Assembly (NCBI GenBank): GCA_017938885.1
Contig: JAGBAS010000022.1
Coordinates: forward strand, 1-60,143
Length of the DNA stretch: 60,143 nt
Direction: 5' to 3'
Origin: Clostridia bacterium
GTDB taxonomy: Bacteria > Bacillota > Clostridia > Oscillospirales > CAG-272
Under the pieces are notes generated by a model. The model was not told the DNA's origin. It made no database searches and saw only the letters and a program-made list of their open reading frames with translations. Positions 38,480-49,300 of the stretch are shown one piece after another. The first letter of the stretch is position 1. Every line of letters begins with the position of its first letter. The position numbers and the translations under genes are program-made.

Positions 38480-41238
38480 TGCGACCCAAGAAACACAAGA
38501 AAAGGAATAACGAGGTGCCGGTGCTGAGCTACGCCGATCAGCTTGCGCAACGATTCGACAAGCACGAAGGCCGTCTCCTCGTGGCTGACCTTTGTAAATA
38601 CCGTGTCCTGGGCGCTATGCAGGAGATTATGGCCAAGCGGGGCGAGAAGACCTACTTGTTTGTAACGAGTGATCGACGCGCCGCTCTGGAGATGCGGCAC
38701 ATCCCTCCTTGCACCGAAGACACTCCCGTGATCGCCTCGATTCAGGATTTCATGAGCTTGATTTGTGCCTGTGCCGGCGAAAACGTCCCTTGTGAGGATA
38801 CCCGACTGCGGCGTCTCACCAAGGAATTCATCCTCAGCTATCCTCGACTCATTGTATGCTTTGAAGAGAACGGTGCTCCCATCCTCCACGGCTCCCTTTG
38901 CATGACCAGAGAAAACGACGGCGTATATAGCACGGTCGAGAAATCCCACTACTGTGTGTCGGATTTCTTGGCCGCCTGCCAATACGACATGACCGTGTTG
39001 GATGACGTATACGGTATGATCCGTATGGCCATGGTCACAAACGAGGAGAAGGGAAGCCTGTCCCCACTGGAGCATGAACTCCTGAGCTTCGGCGGACAGG
39101 ATTTCGTTACACCGCTGTCCCATTCCTATAAGCGGCTCCTGAAGCTGGCAGACAGCTCGGAGTATTGCTTGATTCTCTCGGATATCCTGATGGATCGCAG
39201 TACCGTCAGCCTCTATGCCGTCATGAATCTTCTCCGCCCCTCCTTCTCCTACCGGAAAGCAAAGAAGCATGTTTCGGAAAGAAGCGGCGGCTACGCCTAT
39301 GAGTGCGATTTGGTCTACACCAACTTGGATTATTCCTTAGAGAATGACACCATTCTCAGCATCTGCCTCCAGGAGCTTGGCGGCAGAGTCGGTCTTTTCC
39401 CCGAACGCATCTATGACCTCGAAGATACCGTCCGCGAGCGCTTTTCCTACCTGTCCCGTGAAGAGGTATATCTCATGGCTGTGTATACCCAGGCACTCCG
39501 AGAGGGAACCGACGTCATGAACAGCGCGGTTATTCGCTATATCGAGGAGGACGAAGGCTGTGCCATGGCCTTCTGTGATATCTTCTTCGGAGATGTCTTG
39601 AAGGGAAAAATGGAGAAGCATTATCCCTTGTATCTTACCGACATGACCGAAGACGGAATTCAGGAGCTCAGGACGCTTGCTGAGGAACAGGGCTGTTATG
39701 CTGAATCGCTTCCTCCGCTTCCTCCCCAACGGGCAACCTACGTCTACCACGATGAGTCTGCCTTTGAGGATCTGCTTCGATGCGAGGATCCTCAGCTCTT
39801 GCAGCGTCTCCGTTGCGGAAGCACGGATAAGCCCTTCGACACTTCTGAGCAGGCTTATTCGGTTTTGAAAAACGGAAACGACGATGATTACACCTGTATC
39901 TGCATTCGTAAGCTCATAGAAGACGAGGGCCTGGAAACGCCCGTTCTCGTGGTTTCGGAGCATTCGGAAGAGGATCTGTGCACACGCTTCTCCGAATTGC
40001 TTCCGGGGACTTTCTGCTCCCATGATCCGGCAGAGCTCCTTCTTCCCGAGGAACAGCGTCCCTCGGTTCTGATCCTGGATCATGAGCATTTCCGTTCTCT
40101 CGCATTGCCGATCAAGGTGAAAACCGTGGTTTTCCCGAGCGGGCTCTACGATATCGAGCGTTTCAGCCTTTTCCTGAGAAAGGCTGTGCTGATGAGCGAT
40201 GGAAAAGCGGCGATCCGCGTACCCGTCAGTTATCGCAACCTCAGCGGCCATATGGCTGATCTTTGGTCTGCTTCGGTTCTTGAGAATACAGGAGCCTTGC
40301 TTCCTATGGATAATTCCGAAATATTCAGCTTCGAAGGGAAACGTATCTCCTACGGCGAAATCGTCCGTGAACTGGACGACGTGTACTGCGGTATGATCCG
40401 TCTGACCGAAGGGGGAAATGTGGACGTTGATGAGCTGTCTGATAAGCTTCGCGCCATTACCGTTCGGTATCCCGTTGCCCAAAAGGCTCCGGCAAAGCTG
40501 GAGGTCATTCGGGAGGATCTTTCTTTCCTGGCCGAGCTTTCGACTGCCTATCGTCTCATTTATGCCAACAGCACAACCGTGGGCTCTGAGGGCTATCGGT
40601 CGTCCGTGACGGTTTGCAAGAAGAAGATTCGGGAGGGCAAGCCTAAGGCTGTGTCTACCGACAAGAGGCTTGCGGCGAGAGAAAAGAAGATCTTTGATAT
40701 AAACGAAGAGAACCGTACCATGAGCTTCAACGTCTGCGTCGAGCAGGTTGCGGGCAGATGCTCGCCCTTAAAGGACGATTGCGGAGATTGTCCTCGGTAT
40801 CAGGAGCTGATGCTCAATCGATTCGATATCTTTGCAGCGGCCGTTGATACGTTCTTCAGAAAAGCCGCCGAGATGCTCACAAGAATTGCAGAGGTTGAAC
40901 GGGTGAGGGAACGAGACATCATTATAAACGACGTCAATTCCCGCGCCAAGTATTTCCAGGGTCTGTATGCAGACGTGACCTTCTTAGGAGAGCGTGCGGC
41001 TACGCATCTGGAAGCCCTCCGCGTGACCGCCGATCAGAGACCGACGCTTTTCTATGTGGACTACGACGCTGTTGACAATATCCGACGGCAGGTACGGAAG
41101 GCATATCTCTTGCTTTTCGGTGAGTATTATGCCACCATCACGGAAGCCTTGAAACAGGTCAGCGAACCAATGAAGACAGCTTATGAAACTGCCGGGCAGG
41201 CGGGTGCATCCCGAGATGCCAAGCCTGCAACCAAATAA
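38479..41238 (+). CDS. catalytically degenerate paralogue of the adjacent SNF2-type ATPase
   Basis: The start ATG overlaps the SNF2 stop (TAATG). Block-by-block similarity to the SNF2 protein is retained while the catalytic residues are lost: ADLCKYRV replaces DQVGMGKT, DDVY replaces DEVH, LILSDIL replaces IFLTATP, VLVVSEH matches VLLFAEH, and ERFSLFLR replaces QRIGRIDR. The FN.C-x7-C-x6-C-x2-C motif is shared. Confidence 0.65.
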   Translation: MRPKKHKKRNNEVPVLSYADQLAQRFDKHEGRLLVADLCKYRVLGAMQEIMAKRGEKTYLFVTSDRRAALEMRHIPPCTEDTPVIASIQDFMSLICACAGENVPCEDTRLRRLTKEFILSYPRLIVCFEENGAPILHGSLCMTRENDGVYSTVEKSHYCVSDFLAACQYDMTVLDDVYGMIRMAMVTNEEKGSLSPLEHELLSFGGQDFVTPLSHSYKRLLKLADSSEYCLILSDILMDRSTVSLYAVMNLLRPSFSYRKAKKHVSERSGGYAYECDLVYTNLDYSLENDTILSICLQELGGRVGLFPERIYDLEDTVRERFSYLSREEVYLMAVYTQALREGTDVMNSAVIRYIEEDEGCAMAFCDIFFGDVLKGKMEKHYPLYLTDMTEDGIQELRTLAEEQGCYAESLPPLPPQRATYVYHDESAFEDLLRCEDPQLLQRLRCGSTDKPFDTSEQAYSVLKNGNDDDYTCICIRKLIEDEGLETPVLVVSEHSEEDLCTRFSELLPGTFCSHDPAELLLPEEQRPSVLILDHEHFRSLALPIKVKTVVFPSGLYDIERFSLFLRKAVLMSDGKAAIRVPVSYRNLSGHMADLWSASVLENTGALLPMDNSEIFSFEGKRISYGEIVRELDDVYCGMIRLTEGGNVDVDELSDKLRAITVRYPVAQKAPAKLEVIREDLSFLAELSTAYRLIYANSTTVGSEGYRSSVTVCKKKIREGKPKAVSTDKRLAAREKKIFDINEENRTMSFNVCVEQVAGRCSPLKDDCGDCPRYQELMLNRFDIFAAAVDTFFRKAAEMLTRIAEVERVRERDIIINDVNSRAKYFQGLYADVTFLGERAATHLEALRVTADQRPTLFYVDYDAVDNIRRQVRKAYLLLFGEYYATITEALKQVSEPMKTAYETAGQAGASRDAKPATK

Positions 41239-41250
41239 CAGGGGGACCCA

Positions 41251-43230
41251 ATGGCAAACAACCAGAATGTAACACAGCAGGGGCAGGCCAAGCTTACCGA
41301 GATCGCGGCAAAGCTGAAGGCGACCTTCCCCGGCTTTACGGCTCCGGGCTATGAGGCGGAGCTGAAACGGTTCCGCACCCGTTACGGAGAGGCGGAGAGC
41401 ATCCGTATCGGCGGGATGGATTACATCGTCATTAACGGCGTGTACCGGATCGACGACGGAGCGGACGGACGAGGGGACAGCGGCACCGGTCACATAGGCT
41501 CCAATGCCAGTCCGTTGTTTTACAACAGTATCAACAATCCCTTCGCCATCATCGATTCCCAGACCTCCTCGACCTTGATCGACGAGGTATACTCCCGTGT
41601 CACGTATATGCAGAGAGACTGCATCAATAATACGCGGACACCTACCGAAGCCGACGTACAGAACCTATTCCGGCCTCTGGTGGGAGACGGTGATACCATC
41701 TCGGCTGTGCAGATTCCCAAGGATGACGACGAGGACAGTATCTCTAAGCGCGCCAACATTTTCCAGTGCCAGCTCATCAAGGATACCGGTGTCTCCGCAA
41801 CCCCCGACGTGTACAGCTTCATGCTGAAAAACGGCGAGATCAAGGAGGTCTCGGATAACGCCATCAAAAAGATCCAGGGTGCCGGTCATGTCAGTATGCT
41901 GGACAACTCCAACATGGAGGAGCTCCACAGCCACGAAAGCGCAATTCAGGAAGCCGTTTTCGAAAAGTATCTGAATTCCGACGTGGATATCCAGAGCATT
42001 ACGGTCAAGTCCATCTTCGAGATCAAGATGCGCTTCTGTAACATCTACCTTCTCTTGCAGAGTAATTTCGGCAAGACCAGGCTGGACAGTATCTTCAATT
42101 CTACTTATCTTCTCAGCGAGGCCAACGAATTCGACGCGCTGAACGCCAACATACACGTCTGTAATTGCTGCGGACACGATCTGGTCGATTCCCGAGATGA
42201 GCGTCTCATCCATAAGCTCCATACCAACATGGATGCATATGACGAGCGCGCAACCCTGGAGGCCTTTGAGCTTTCGGGAAAGAAAAATGCTAAGGCCGAT
42301 CCTTTGGATCATCCTGTATACGCCGTCGGCTGTGAAGACTGCTTGGAGGAATGCCCCTGCTGTCATACTTGGCACTTCGATTATAAGAAGCTTGTGGGCT
42401 CCAAGGCATATGATCGGGTCAAGCTCATGCCCGGACGGCAATTCATCAAGGGTATCCGTTCTTTTGATTTCAACTATTGCGCTTGCCGCGAAGGAATTGA
42501 ATGGGTATATGATGAGCGTTCCGGCGGTGACCGCGAGCACGACGTTATTCCCATCGACGAAATGGTCTTCATCAACAGCGCCAACGAGAAAATGGCCGAC
42601 TACGAAGAGTATCGGGCTTACTACGAGCGCGAAAAGGAAAAGGCAGGTCCCAAGGATGCCATCGCAGAGCGTGCTCTCGCTCGCCAGACCTTGAATAAAT
42701 TCAAGAATTATCTTGCATCAAAGTATGAGATGAGCATCAGCGGTATCGCCATCACGGCAGAGGAAAAGTGCCACGAGTGCAGCATGTGCGGCGGTGAGTA
42801 TTACGGTATGCTGGCCGATGACCGCTGTGCCGTTTGCTCTGAGATCTTTGACGAGAACCGCCGCATGGTTACCCGTGTGGATGGCGTGGTGTTTATGTTG
42901 CACGGTCGAAAGAAGCACCGTGTCATCAGTAAGTACATCGTGACCCGCTTCGGCAATCTGAAGCGTATCTCCGCTAAGCTTGTGGAGGAGACCATCGCTC
43001 CTGAGGAGGAGGCTACGCCCCCGCCTGCGGAAGAGCTCGTATCGGCTGCGTCCATAAGAAACGATGCACCCAAAGCTACAGAGGAAGCCCTCTCTGCCAA
43101 GGGAGCGTTCGGTAAGGACGGTTCCGACAGACTTCAGCATGAGGATGCTTCGGATATGAACGTCTCCAAAGAATCGGAATTCTATAACGAAGCCGAGGAA
43201 AAGAATGAGACCGATGAGCTCACCGAGTAA
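41251..43230 (+). CDS. hypothetical Cys-cluster (multi zinc-knuckle) protein with acidic C-terminal tail
   Basis: 659 aa, starting 12 nt after the previous gene. Cys clusters are CNCCGH (42157-42180), CEDCLEECPCCH (42328-42372) and CHECSMCG...CAVCSE (42769-42840). Confidence 0.6.
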   Translation: MANNQNVTQQGQAKLTEIAAKLKATFPGFTAPGYEAELKRFRTRYGEAESIRIGGMDYIVINGVYRIDDGADGRGDSGTGHIGSNASPLFYNSINNPFAIIDSQTSSTLIDEVYSRVTYMQRDCINNTRTPTEADVQNLFRPLVGDGDTISAVQIPKDDDEDSISKRANIFQCQLIKDTGVSATPDVYSFMLKNGEIKEVSDNAIKKIQGAGHVSMLDNSNMEELHSHESAIQEAVFEKYLNSDVDIQSITVKSIFEIKMRFCNIYLLLQSNFGKTRLDSIFNSTYLLSEANEFDALNANIHVCNCCGHDLVDSRDERLIHKLHTNMDAYDERATLEAFELSGKKNAKADPLDHPVYAVGCEDCLEECPCCHTWHFDYKKLVGSKAYDRVKLMPGRQFIKGIRSFDFNYCACREGIEWVYDERSGGDREHDVIPIDEMVFINSANEKMADYEEYRAYYEREKEKAGPKDAIAERALARQTLNKFKNYLASKYEMSISGIAITAEEKCHECSMCGGEYYGMLADDRCAVCSEIFDENRRMVTRVDGVVFMLHGRKKHRVISKYIVTRFGNLKRISAKLVEETIAPEEEATPPPAEELVSAASIRNDAPKATEEALSAKGAFGKDGSDRLQHEDASDMNVSKESEFYNEAEEKNETDELTE

Positions 43231-43244
43231 GAAGAGAGCGCAGA

Positions 43245-43296
43245 ATCCGAAAATGGAGCTGAAGACCTGTAAAAAGTCTTACAGAGATTTTCGGAT
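43245..43296 (+). other. intercistronic extended hairpin without U-tract
   Basis: ATCCGAAAAT (43245-43254) pairs with ATTTTCGGAT (43287-43296). The pair encloses an inner CTGTAA/TTACAG stem. Confidence 0.4.
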
Positions 43297-43359
43297 AGCC
43301 CTTCCAACAACATACGGAATCAAACCGATCAATGTGACCAATAGGAGTTAAGAGATATT

Positions 43360-46300
43360 ATGGCTACTGTACATCGTGATGCAACGATTCTGCACGAGCA
43401 TCGAAAGATTATTACCGCAAGGTATCTGCTCGCTCTCGTGAATTTCGTTGCGATCCTCCTGGGGACGTTGGTGACACGTTATTTTGTCATGATCCGAGGC
43501 AGCTCAGAGGGCTTGCTTTTGCACATCAATATTCTGTGTATCATCAACGCGATCCAGATCGTTTTGTGCCTGGGCGACTATATTCTGCGGTTCTTCTGCG
43601 GAATTTACAGCAAGGCACTGGTGACGTTTTCCTATATAGCGGGTGCTCTCTGGGTGGCCGCAACAGGCGGCGAGCTGTTCGTAGGCTCTATGGATCTGGG
43701 AGAACTGCGCTTTGATCTGCTTATCATCGCAGGCCTCCAGCTTCTGTCCGCAATTCTGGCCTACTTCGTATGGCCTTCGCTGGATCACGCATCCATTCGC
43801 TCTTTGACTCGTCCCCGTATTCGGGATGATTTCAAGAAGAGAGGGATCCGCTCCCGCATTTATGTGGTAGAATACGCCGTATTCTGCGCAATCATGGTGC
43901 TGATCCAGGCCGGAATGCTCTTTGCATACCGCCTTCCTCCCCGTGTGTACGATCTGTTTTCGGATACCCGTGCTCTGGAGTATCGTCTGAACAGTGACCG
44001 CACGGGCTACTACGTCGCAGGTCTGTATCGAGGCACCTCCTCCTACGTCTGCGTCCCTGAAACCTATAATAATAAGCCCGTCGTGGGTATTTCCTCAGGG
44101 GCTCTGTCGGATCGTGAATTCCTGAGCAGCCACAAGGTCAGCAAAATTGATCTTGGTGATCCCATTACGGAATCCGACGGCACGACCACTTACAAAAGCA
44201 GCCTCATGTTCATTGAGAGCGGTGCGATCCGAAATGACCGCATCGACCGTCTGCATATCCCCGTATCGGTTGTCAGTATCTCGGAAGGGGCTATCGAAAG
44301 CTCCTCTTTGACCAACGTCGTTTACGAGGCACGCGCAGATTTCTCCATAGGATATTTTCATTGCGATGCCCTGGAGACCGTGACCCTGCTCGGCGATGAC
44401 GTCGGCAATATCATCTCCTTGGAGGGTTTGGCTTCCTCGGTGACCATTGAGGTCAGCAAGGAGAACTATAACCGCTACCGCATGAATAATATTCAGTACG
44501 GACACAGCCTCCGTCCCATCCTGTCGGAGACCGAGTTCTACGTGGATATCTACAGTGATTGTGACTACTACATCGAGAGTATCTTCGGCGTTCTGGGTGA
44601 ACCCATCAATCTCAGTGTCAATGATCTCGTCAACAGCCAGATGGGGAATCTTGTCAGCCCCGTTGTTGATACCAAAGCCTATATGGCGAATAAGCACGAG
44701 CTGGGAACGGCCGGTGCTAAGGATGCCAGCGCCTTCCGTGGCTGGTATTACGATGCAGCCTTTGGTAACGAGTGTGAGTTTCGCGAGGGCGAGACGGTTA
44801 GCTTCAGCAAGACGACCGCCATCTACGCCAAGTGGATCGATGAGTATAAGGCCGAGCTGAACTGGGGAACCTTTGCAGCCTTGGATCTGGATGCTATGTA
44901 CTGGACGCAGGAGGATCGCATCGAATTCCCCGTTATCGAGGATCGTTTGGGCTATTCCGGCGGTGTGCAGTGGTACGTCGGAGACAGCGATATGCAGGTT
45001 ACGGATTCCGTCGGTATTACCGAGAACGTCACCCTCAACGCGGTCTGGCTCCTGGATAAGCCCTCTCTGGATATCGATCCCGTGGCCGCAGGCGATTGGC
45101 TGTCCATGTCTCCCGATAAAAACGCCGTGGAATTCATCTACGACGAGAATAACGTGCTCACCTTGAATGCGCTGTACAGCCATGTTCTGGACGAGCACTA
45201 CGTAGGCGACAAGACCGTGTCCTACAGCCTTGCCTGGAAAAAGACCGAGGATGAAAGCTTCGAGGACAGCAACACCTCCCTCCGCGTGCAGAACGTTCCT
45301 GAGGCAGGCAGCTATGTGTTGACCCTGGTAGCCCATTCCCCCTACGGTGAGGAATCCTCCGAGACGACCAATATCAAGATCTCCATCGCCAAGAAGGAGC
45401 TGGACATCGGCGATTTTGCCCTGGTCAAGGGCGAGCATTTTTACGATTCGCTCAGTCAGACCATCGGAAACAGCGGTTCCTTTGCCCACAACCATATCAA
45501 GGTTACGTATACCTACTTTGATGAGAACAACAAGGAAGTCGGCGGAAACAGCGGTGTCATCAATGCGGGCAAATATACCGTGCGAGCCTTCTTTGAAAAG
45601 GATAACGCCGATGAAGCAGCCAACTATACCACGCGCGAGCTTCAATCCGATTTCACCATCAAGCCTCGTGAGCTTACCTTTGACAACTGGACCAGAGGTG
45701 ACCTCACGTACAACGCCACCTCCCAATCCGTGCGTCTGAACGTCGGCGGAATCCTGGCAGGTGACGACGTTGAGATCCATTATAACAATAACACCTTTAC
45801 CAACGCCGGCAACTATACCGCCGAGGCGATCGGTGTTTCGGATCCCAACTACACCCTGGCGGCCATGCTGGAGCATTGCCGCTATGAATGGAGCATTGCC
45901 CCCAAGGAGATCACCATTCGGGAATGGAAGCTGGACGGTAGCTCTACCGCCACTCATACAGTAACCTATAACGGTAATGCGCATACCATCACTGCCATTC
46001 CCAACGGTGTCATTACCGGTGATACGGTTGGCTTTACCTATGCTGCGGGCTCGGATACCGTGTCGGCAACCAACGCCGATACCTATACCGCGCGTATCAT
46101 TGGTGTGGATAATCCCAACTATACCTTCAATATCCAGAGCGCTGCCGCAGAGCAGATCTGGACCATCAGCAAGAAGATGATCACGGCAACCTTTACGTCA
46201 CCCGATTCTCTGGTCTACAATGGCAATCAGCAGGGCGTGACCGCCATTCTGTCGGGTATCGTCTCTGCCGACGTAACTGCATTCACCAACGAAACCTTCC

Positions 46301-49300
46301 TCTACGAGGGTAAGTCGGATATTCTGAAGGTTACCGCAACCCCCGGAACGGTTGGCTCGGGACAGCTGGAGCTGCTCTTTTCCGCGCGTGATGCCAGCAC
46401 CTATAACGCGTCCGTTTCGGCAATCAGCTCTTCTGCGGGTCTGCTCTATCAGAATTACGAGCTGACCGGAGATAACAGCGAGTTCAGCATCCATCCCAAG
46501 ACCATCAGCTTTGTGAACAATGGCGACTATACCTATACCGGCCTGGAGCAGAATCTCCAGTTTGCCGTCAGCGGTATCGTTGCCGGTGATCTGGCCGCCG
46601 TGCGTGCCGATCAGTTCACAGCGGCTCAGGATGCGACTCCGATCGTGGACGGTGCCGTTTCGGGTGCCCAGTACCTTCTGACGGTGCGCGGGACCAACGC
46701 AAAGGCCTATAGCATTGGTGTGGAATCCTTTGCCAACAGCAACTATACCATGGAGCCCTATGCATCCACCATTCGTATTGCCCAGAAGCCTCTGACTGTT
46801 ACCTGGAGCATCCGAAATGAAGCAACCGGACAGGTATCCTCCCTGTTGCCCGGAAGCTACCATACCTATAATTACAACGGATATGAGGTCATTCCCACGG
46901 TCAATGGCGTTGTCAACGGCGAGACCGTCAAGCTGAATGTGAATGACCATAGCGCGACGGATGCTAATAGCTACACCACCAAGGCGACTCTGCCCGCTTC
47001 CTATTCCAACTATATTATGGCAGAACAGAACGTATCCTGGACCATCAGCCCCTACGTTCTGAATATCCGCTGGCTCTTCAACGGAAATACGGCCGCAGGA
47101 GCCATTCCGACTTTTACCTATTCGGCAGATACCATAAACGTCACCCCCTCCTACAACCTGCTGGGTGATGACAGTGTTAATCTGACCTATGGGAAATCTC
47201 AGAACCGCCAGGTCAACGCGGGCACCTATGAGGTGTCGGTCACAGACCTCGGGAACCCCAACTATACCCTGGGCAGCGGTGCTGAGCTGACCTGGAAGAT
47301 CGAGCCTAAGACCGTCACCGTGACCTGGTCGCCCTCGTCTTCCGCCTCCCTCGTTTATAACGGTCTCTACCAGGGACCCCAATTCTCGGTGGACGGACTT
47401 CTGGAGAGCGATAACCGTTTTGTCGTTTCGACCATTAACGGCGAAAACGCTCCCTTCGCCGTAACTTCTACCGAGAGCGCGGCTGTCTATTCGGTTGCTT
47501 CGGCAGGGATGTCTGTCAATGCCGGCCAGTACGAGATCATCGTGCGCTCGATTTCCACCTATGACAGCAGATCCGAAGCTTACGTTGTTGACGGGAACTA
47601 CAAGATCGCAGGGCCTTCCTTTACGCTGGCGATCACCAAGCGTCCCCTGACCCTCAGCGGTGTCTGGAGCTACAGCGGAAACGGCGCGAGCGGTGTCTAC
47701 AATGCATCGACCCACCTGATATACAACAGCAAGTCCTTTACGCTGACTACCGGAATCAGCGACGGACTCGTCAAGCATCTGGGTAATGACGCAGACGTGG
47801 AGCTGGTCTATACCGGAAACGTGGAGAAGAATCACTCCATCACGGGCTATACCGCTCAGGTCTCTTCTCTCAGCGGCGATCACGCGAATAACTACAGCAT
47901 TCCCACCGCAGGTGCGATTCACAGCTGGAACATCGACCCCAAGAGCGTGAATTTCACCTGGATCCAAAATTCCTTCGTATTTAATGGCTCTGACCGTACC
48001 CAGAACGCCGAATATCAGACCAATGCCGCAAATGATACAGACGGTAAGGTCTACAGCGGAGATACGGTTACCATGATCTACGCCGATAACCAGAAGTCCC
48101 ATGCAGGCTCCTATACGGCCCGCATCACGGCTCTCTCCAACGGCAACTACGTGATCGGAGAAAACAGCAGCTACGAGTGGAGCATCGCTCCCAAGCCCAT
48201 TTCTCTGACCTGGAACACAGGTAGCTTTGTGTACAACGGAACCGTTCAACGGCCTATCGCCAGCTATTCGGGCGCGACGGGTGTTACGGTCACCGAGTAT
48301 ACGACCGTCAATAGCCGCAATGTAGGCGAGTATACCATTACGGCTCAAGCTCTGAGTAATCCCGACTACGTCATTGACGGGAACGCCACCAAGTCCTACA
48401 CCATTACTCCTCTGACCATTCAGCTGAACTGGCGCTACAGCGGCACGAATACCAACGTAGGAAACTTTACCTACGATAAGGTCAAGAAGACAGTGGAGGC
48501 CTATGCCATTAACCTGTGCACGGGTGATACAGTTGAATTCACCTATAACCCCGGATCCCGTGATATTCTGAATGCGGGTAGCTACACCTTTACGGTTACG
48601 GCTCTGTCCAATTCTAATTATCAGTTGGTCACAGGCAGCAGCAACGCCGAAAAGACCGTGGTCATAAGCCCCCGCACAGTTACCATCTCCTGGGGTACCA
48701 TCAGCTTCACGTACGACGGACGCGAGCATTCCCTGATCCCCACCGTTACAGGTGTCAGCTCCTCGGATGAAATATCCTTTAAGCTGAAGCCCGGTTCGAC
48801 CTCGCTGACCAACGTTGGCTCGGTCAAGGTAGAGATCGATTCTCTGGACGATCCCAACTACAAGCTTCCCACCTCCAATCTCTCCAAGACCCTGACTATC
48901 AATCCTCAGCCTGTTACCATTACCTGGACAGGCTCGCCCACCGTTACCTTCGATGGACAGTCCCATACCCTGATGCCTACCGTCGTAGGAACCAACGATA
49001 AGAAGACTGTTTCCTTCGTGTACGAGGGCTACTATTCCAGAACCAACGCAGGCTCGCAGGTCATTACCGTGACCGGCCTTGAGGATGACAACTACACCCT
49101 CACGGGTGCCACGGGCAGTAAGTCCCAGACCCTGAAAATCAACCCCAGACCCGTAAACGTTTCCTGGGCCGGAGATACCTCCGTCACCTTTGACGGCAAT
49201 CCCCATTCGGTCATTGCTACGGTCACGGGCGTGAACGGAAACGCAGTTGGCTTCTCTTACGGCTCTACCAACAATACCCAGATCAACGCAGGTAACTATA

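Noticed and set aside
42157-42372. Possible HNH or PLD nuclease motif in the Cys-cluster protein (CNCCGHDL...IHKLHTNMD).
   Set aside because: The spacing does not fit HxK-x4-D, and I could not place a His-Asn-His triad between the Cys pairs. The region is left as uncharacterised Zn knuckles.
34568-43230. Assigning the SNF2 trio to DISARM, Zorya, BREX or Druantia.
   Set aside because: The defining partners are absent from the window. These are the DUF1998 and PLD proteins, the ZorAB motor, the PglX methyltransferase with PglZ, and DruA-E. Only the generic SNF2 fold is shared.
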